In this document: positions 59,691-64,000 of the stretch, piece after piece
How positions within the stretch are numbered: position 1 is the stretch's first letter
Layout: each line of letters begins with the position of its first letter
NCBI GenBank assembly: GCA_048938855.1
Contig: JBHLLT010000001.1
Location: 384,124-448,123 of the forward strand
DNA: 64,000 nucleotides
Source of the DNA: Promethearchaeota archaeon
GTDB lineage: Archaea > Asgardarchaeota > Lokiarchaeia > Sigyniarchaeales > SOKP01
Direction: 5' to 3'
Program-made: the position numbers and the translations under genes
Notes under the pieces: generated by a model
Databases searched by the model: none
What the model was told of the DNA's origin: nothing
The model's input: only the letters and a program-made list of their open reading frames with translations

Positions 59691-59847
59691 TATTACTAAC
59701 TTTTCTGTTTTTAACTTTTCCGATTACCATTTCAAAATTTTTATTTTAATAAACTACATAATTAGATGGGATTGCTCATTGAATTTAAAACAAAACAGAC
59801 TTATAAATTTTATTTGAATTTTATAGAATAGAATCGAAATTTAATAA

Positions 59848-60213
59848 TTAAGCGGATTTTAGTTCTTCCATCTCTTCAATTATAACTTCTAATTGATCAT
59901 CTGTTAATGTTTTACCTGTAAAACTTTTTTCTAATATAGGTCTAAGTTCTAAAATTGTCTTTGGATCGATATTAATAATGTTAATTGCGTAAAGTTCTTC
60001 AATCTCATACTTATCCATTAATAATTTTTTTATTTTTTTTGCAGTTTTTGCATCATACTTCGCAAATTTATTCACATAATTATAGGTAATTTCCTGAAAA
60101 TGAGACATACCTTCCTCTGAATCAATTTGTAATAATTGATCCTTTAAATTTTCCATTATTTCTTTCACTTCAGGGATAGAAACACTTTTTTCTTCTTTCT
60201 TGCGACCAGACAT
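59848..60213 (-). CDS. rpoF: RNA polymerase subunit F (Rpo4)
   Basis: VSIPEVKEI, Y.NKFAK, IINI.P....ELR.IL. Synteny supports the call. Confidence 0.9.
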   Translation of the reverse strand: MSGRKKEEKSVSIPEVKEIMENLKDQLLQIDSEEGMSHFQEITYNYVNKFAKYDAKTAKKIKKLLMDKYEIEELYAINIINIDPKTILELRPILEKSFTGKTLTDDQLEVIIEEMEELKSA

Positions 60214-60235
60214 TTTAATTCAAATCATTTTTAAA

Positions 60236-60562
60236 TTATTCTTTAACAGAAACAGAATTTAACCTAAGATGCTCCTTCCCAATTATTAGCGTTTTTTTAG
60301 AATTCCCCAATTTTACTTCTACTAAATAACAGCGTCCTCTCTGAGCAATGATAGTACCAGTACGCCCGTGGTATCTACTATTTGGCATTCCTCGCTTATG
60401 TTGAGAAGGATCAGTGATAACATCCACTTTATCTCCTTGATTATAGTCAATTAAATATTTCTCGATGGAGCCAAGCCCTCTATCTCGTACATTTTTCCTG
60501 TGTTTATGTCTTGTTTTCTTACGGTATCCACGATGCTTTACCAGTTTCAAGCACCTACACAA
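60236..60562 (-). CDS. rpl21e: 50S ribosomal protein L21e (true start probably 60544 or 60550)
   Basis: GYRKKTR, GDKV....DPS..RGMP..RYHGRTG, EHL. Confidence 0.95.
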   Translation of the reverse strand: MCRCLKLVKHRGYRKKTRHKHRKNVRDRGLGSIEKYLIDYNQGDKVDVITDPSQHKRGMPNSRYHGRTGTIIAQRGRCYLVEVKLGNSKKTLIIGKEHLRLNSVSVKE

Positions 60563-60660
60563 TTTTCATAATTATAACTAATCAATTGATTTGGTAGAAT
60601 TATGTATTATAATTTATTTATTTTTTGATTTTGACTATATAAAATTGAATAAAATCAACA

Positions 60661-62019
60661 TTAAATAGAAATTTTTAGAACATCTAATTCTATACAATTT
60701 AGAGGAATTTTAAAGACTTCTGAAAAAGAAGGAGTAGTGCGCCCTTCATCACCACTAATAAGCTCCTTTATATAAGTTCCACCTTGAGTTTCTATAATAA
60801 ACTCATATAAATTTGATTTTTTGAATTTTCCATCAATTTTGTAAATAGATTTTTCTCGTACTTTATCACTCCGCCGATGAGATACTCTATTTGGTGTTCT
60901 TTGCTGAATATTTTTATTTTCGAATATGCTTTTCAGAATGATTACTTTTTGGTCAAAATCCTCTTTATTTAGTTTAGTTTCAGATTTGATAACAGCTTTA
61001 TATATTTTTCTTGTGTTTCTTGCTTCTGTTTTAAGATTTATTACTTCTTTTTTGTTACTATATCTTAAATCAAAAATTCTCACTTTTTTTCTATTAATTT
61101 TATTGATCTTATTTTGGATTTTATCCAAATTTAAATCTCTAATTTCAGGATTTCTTAATTCAAGAATAAACGGTCTTCCATCGCCTAACATTCTTACATC
61201 AATATCCTCTCTTCCAGCACCGTGAAACTTCAAATCGGTAGCATTCGATTCCTTAATAAATTCGGAGCTTATTAAATCCTCTACGCTTGTTAAATATTGT
61301 TTACCAGTATAATTACACAGTTCACATCCAGCACCCTTACATTTTTTGCAAAACCAATGAGTTTGAGGGATCCCTCGTATTAATTTATTATATCTCCCAT
61401 AAATAAAGAGAGATTTTAGGATTAATTCAATTGAATAGTCATCATAGTCAAATGAGTAAATTAATAATACTTCGGGGTTAGAAAACTCTGGATTTTGATT
61501 TAAAACCGGTATTAACGCTTTACCTACAACACGATTAAAATGACTTTTAAAAGACTCTGCTCCTAAAAGATTGAACTCTGATTTGAATTTATCTTCTTGA
61601 TTAATAATTATAGAATCTGGCTTGGATCCAATTAAAAAGCTATTAAATTCTATTTTTTCAAGTTCTTCAATTGCTTTAGATGTATAATTATCAATATTAG
61701 AAAAAATGTTATGACATAAATAACAAATTTGATTTGAAGTACCATTCACATCACCTAACCCTTCATTTTCTAAAACTTTCTGGGCAGGAATAAAATTCGC
61801 ATTCTTAGCCAATAACTTTAGATTTTTGATTGACTGTTTTTGAATAGCTCCATTTCCTGATAGATAATTTCTATGATTTTCCATCGTTATTGTGAGCAGT
61901 AAAGAATATCCTCTATCATAGTTCGTCGTACTAGTTCCTAATAGAGAAAACATTCTACCAAGACAATGAATACATATCTGGTATCGCTGATAAATTTCTA
62001 AAACTTTATCAAAAATCAT
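60661..62019 (-). CDS. pus10: tRNA pseudouridine(54/55) synthase Pus10
   Basis: C..CLGR, GRY.K..RGIPQT.W, GREDIDVRMLG.GRPF, GGTYIKELISGD.GRT. Confidence 0.95.
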   Translation of the reverse strand: MIFDKVLEIYQRYQICIHCLGRMFSLLGTSTTNYDRGYSLLLTITMENHRNYLSGNGAIQKQSIKNLKLLAKNANFIPAQKVLENEGLGDVNGTSNQICYLCHNIFSNIDNYTSKAIEELEKIEFNSFLIGSKPDSIIINQEDKFKSEFNLLGAESFKSHFNRVVGKALIPVLNQNPEFSNPEVLLIYSFDYDDYSIELILKSLFIYGRYNKLIRGIPQTHWFCKKCKGAGCELCNYTGKQYLTSVEDLISSEFIKESNATDLKFHGAGREDIDVRMLGDGRPFILELRNPEIRDLNLDKIQNKINKINRKKVRIFDLRYSNKKEVINLKTEARNTRKIYKAVIKSETKLNKEDFDQKVIILKSIFENKNIQQRTPNRVSHRRSDKVREKSIYKIDGKFKKSNLYEFIIETQGGTYIKELISGDEGRTTPSFSEVFKIPLNCIELDVLKISI

Positions 62020-62194
62020 AACTACGTAAATTAAGTAAACTATTATTTATTGATTTTATCCAAGAATAAAGTGTCTTTAAAAAGATTTTAAAATAAAAAT
62101 TGATTTTTTTATATATTCTAATAAATTTTACTATTATTAAAACAAGAGTATACGAGTTGTATTTATTTTTTAATTAAAAACAAGAGAGTTACAT

Positions 62195-62437
62195 ATGGCT
62201 AAAAAAAAGAATATCGAAAAAGGAATCGTCAAATGGTTTGATGCGAAAAAAGGTTTTGGATTCATAAGTGTTGTGGATCAAGAGGATGTCTTTGTACATT
62301 TCTCAAATATTGACATGTCTGGCTTTAAAAAACTGGATATGGGAGATGAAGTTGAGTTTGAAATTAAAAACTCAAATGATGGAAAAGGTCCTGAAGCTTT
62401 AAAAGTAAAAATCGTTTCAAAAGATAGACGATATTAA
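62195..62437 (+). CDS. cspA: Cold-shock domain protein
   Basis: G.VKWF..KKGFGFI, DVFVHFS.I, GP.A..V. Confidence 0.93.
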   Translation: MAKKKNIEKGIVKWFDAKKGFGFISVVDQEDVFVHFSNIDMSGFKKLDMGDEVEFEIKNSNDGKGPEALKVKIVSKDRRY

Positions 62438-62501
62438 TATTAGATTTTTGAGTTCTGTTTACTATTTTTATTTATTTTTATTATATTAATCATTAAAAGA
62501 G

Positions 62502-63839
62502 TCACTTGAATTCTTTTTTGTGTTCCCAATCAAAATCAACTTTAATAAACCTTCTGGAATATAAATAAGCACCAATTAAAATCAATGAGCAAATAGGACC
62601 CCACCAGATAAAAAATAGATTTCCTAGAAGAAAGCTTAAACCCGATGAAAAAAGTAAGCCTATCGCTTGGAAAATATTAAGTATTATACTAGAAAACCCA
62701 CGATATAAACCTGCTTTTAACTCCCCAGTCGATTTTTCATCATCTTCTGCGAGATCTGCATAGATTATATAAGGGAATAAATTCCAACCGCCAATAGAAG
62801 CAACTACTCCAATTATAAAGATAATTCCATATATTAGATATGTTTCCATTGGAATTAAACTTATTAATGTAAAGGGTAGCACAATAATTGCGAAGAGAAA
62901 AAGATATAGCAGACTCTTTTTTTTACCCAACCTTTCTATCAGTTTTCGCCAAAGATAAAGGAAAAAAAGAACCCCGAAAATAATGATTGAACCTCCAATT
63001 ATGAACTGCAAATTATCAAAATTTAAAATATCGGTTAAAAAGGCTAGCATCGTTGGTGTTACAATTGACCATGCAATACTCGCAAATCCTTGCATGAAAT
63101 TAAAAGACAAATAGTTTTTATTTTTAATAATAGCCTTTAAATTACTAATTAGAGTCGTTTTGATTTTGTAATATGGTTCTGTTGGCATCAAAATAGCTAC
63201 AAGATAAAATAATGGAATTGTGATAATTCCAAATATTAATACACCAAGTAAAAAATTATAAGGTAAAACACTTGGATTTAATTCTACTTGAGCAGCAAAA
63301 TCTGTTAATACCAATAAAGTAAAAATTTCGCCTATTCCTGCACCAAGATAGATAAAAAGATTTATGAACTGTGAAGCTTTAGGACGATCACCAACTTGGA
63401 ACTGCTCCGCCATCCATGCATTATGTACTGTTGTCACTCCATAACTTGCTTGAAAAAGTACATCCCATACCAATAACCAAGTAAATAAGGCGGTTGTATT
63501 TGAAATTGATAAAAACTGATTAGGAATTAGTAAGAATATAAATGAAATTGCGAGGAGAGGGCTTAATATTATTAAATATGGTTTTCTTCTTCCCCATTTA
63601 GTATATTTAGCATCACTTAACCAACCTAAAAGAAATTGAGAAAGGGCAATACTGAGTTTTCCTAAACTAGTAGCCAAGAAGGTTTGCCAAGCAGGCAAAT
63701 TAAACCCTATACTGTAAAGGGTTAGTAAGGCAAAATCTACTATAGTCAAAAGAATATTTGTTCCTAGTCGAGGTGTACCAAAAAGTATAAATTTTTTTAG
63801 TTTTCCACTATTTCTTTGTTCTATATCAAATTCAGTCAT
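62502..63839 (-). CDS. MFS transporter, GPH/MelB-like sugar:cation symporter
   Basis: GWLSD...TKWGRRKPY, about 12 TM segments, AD..E.D....G....G.Y. Confidence 0.88.
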   Translation of the reverse strand: MTEFDIEQRNSGKLKKFILFGTPRLGTNILLTIVDFALLTLYSIGFNLPAWQTFLATSLGKLSIALSQFLLGWLSDAKYTKWGRRKPYLIILSPLLAISFIFLLIPNQFLSISNTTALFTWLLVWDVLFQASYGVTTVHNAWMAEQFQVGDRPKASQFINLFIYLGAGIGEIFTLLVLTDFAAQVELNPSVLPYNFLLGVLIFGIITIPLFYLVAILMPTEPYYKIKTTLISNLKAIIKNKNYLSFNFMQGFASIAWSIVTPTMLAFLTDILNFDNLQFIIGGSIIIFGVLFFLYLWRKLIERLGKKKSLLYLFLFAIIVLPFTLISLIPMETYLIYGIIFIIGVVASIGGWNLFPYIIYADLAEDDEKSTGELKAGLYRGFSSIILNIFQAIGLLFSSGLSFLLGNLFFIWWGPICSLILIGAYLYSRRFIKVDFDWEHKKEFK

Positions 63840-64000
63840 AATAGTTCATAGAACTTGTAACATTAATTTTAAAATTATATATAGATTGGAGTCAAAATTA
63901 TTTAAAAGTTTAAAAATTAAATTAATTTTAGCAAAAAAACTGTAATTGTAGCACCGTAGAAAGTATGTAAGATTAATCCTCTTCTTCCCATCCAAGATCT

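Noticed and set aside
323-61225. About 30 short ORF-track entries nested in or antisense to real genes (e.g. 598..960, 11964..12338, 31868..32227, 34994..35290, 53424..53687)
   Set aside because: Shadow ORFs of well-supported genes with no recognisable motifs.
63973-64000. Possible 3' end of a minus-strand gene (...DLGWEEED*) at the window edge
   Set aside because: Only nine codons are visible, too few to support a call.
1-64000. tRNA, rRNA, CRISPR arrays, IS elements, inteins
   Set aside because: No cloverleaf or GC-rich structural RNA, spaced repeat array or transposase was seen by eye, and RFC-S, RpoA'/A'' and aIF5B are of intein-free length. tRNAscan/Infernal were not run.

Overview
AT-rich archaeal chromosome segment, most likely Asgard (Lokiarchaeia-like). 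The assignment rests on archaeal information-processing genes found together with five small Ras-superfamily GTPases or pseudo-GTPases, a Roadblock protein, a eukaryote-like STT3/AglB, a divergent EF-2 and a UGA-containing redoxin with a eukaryote-type SECIS. Most of the window is housekeeping: EF-2, aIF5B, EF-1a, aIF2a, CCA enzyme, UvrA/B, RFC-S, PCNA, PriS/L, GINS, RPA3-like, RpoA'/A''/L/F, TFS, NusA, ribosomal proteins, Pus10, KsgA, TruA, enolase, AOR and PyrB. I saw no rRNA, tRNA, CRISPR array or transposase. Signals the ORF track misses or does not explain: (1) a peroxiredoxin-like selenoprotein (FFRGNW-UGA-SHC) whose AUGA..AA..GA SECIS is built on its own stop codon and competes with a hairpin+U8 fold; (2) several genes that appear to start at non-canonical codons (ATA, GTT, possibly CTG); (3) a wHTH + ATP-cone + catalytically dead class III ribonucleotide reductase fusion, a candidate nucleotide-sensing regulator; (4) a P-loop-less pseudo-GTPase with a polybasic tail, flanked by a 30-bp direct repeat; (5) a two-gene island (RdhA/QueG-like plus a bacterial-type YdeI) inside the PCNA-primase cluster. 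All family assignments come from recognising motifs by eye; no database searches were run.
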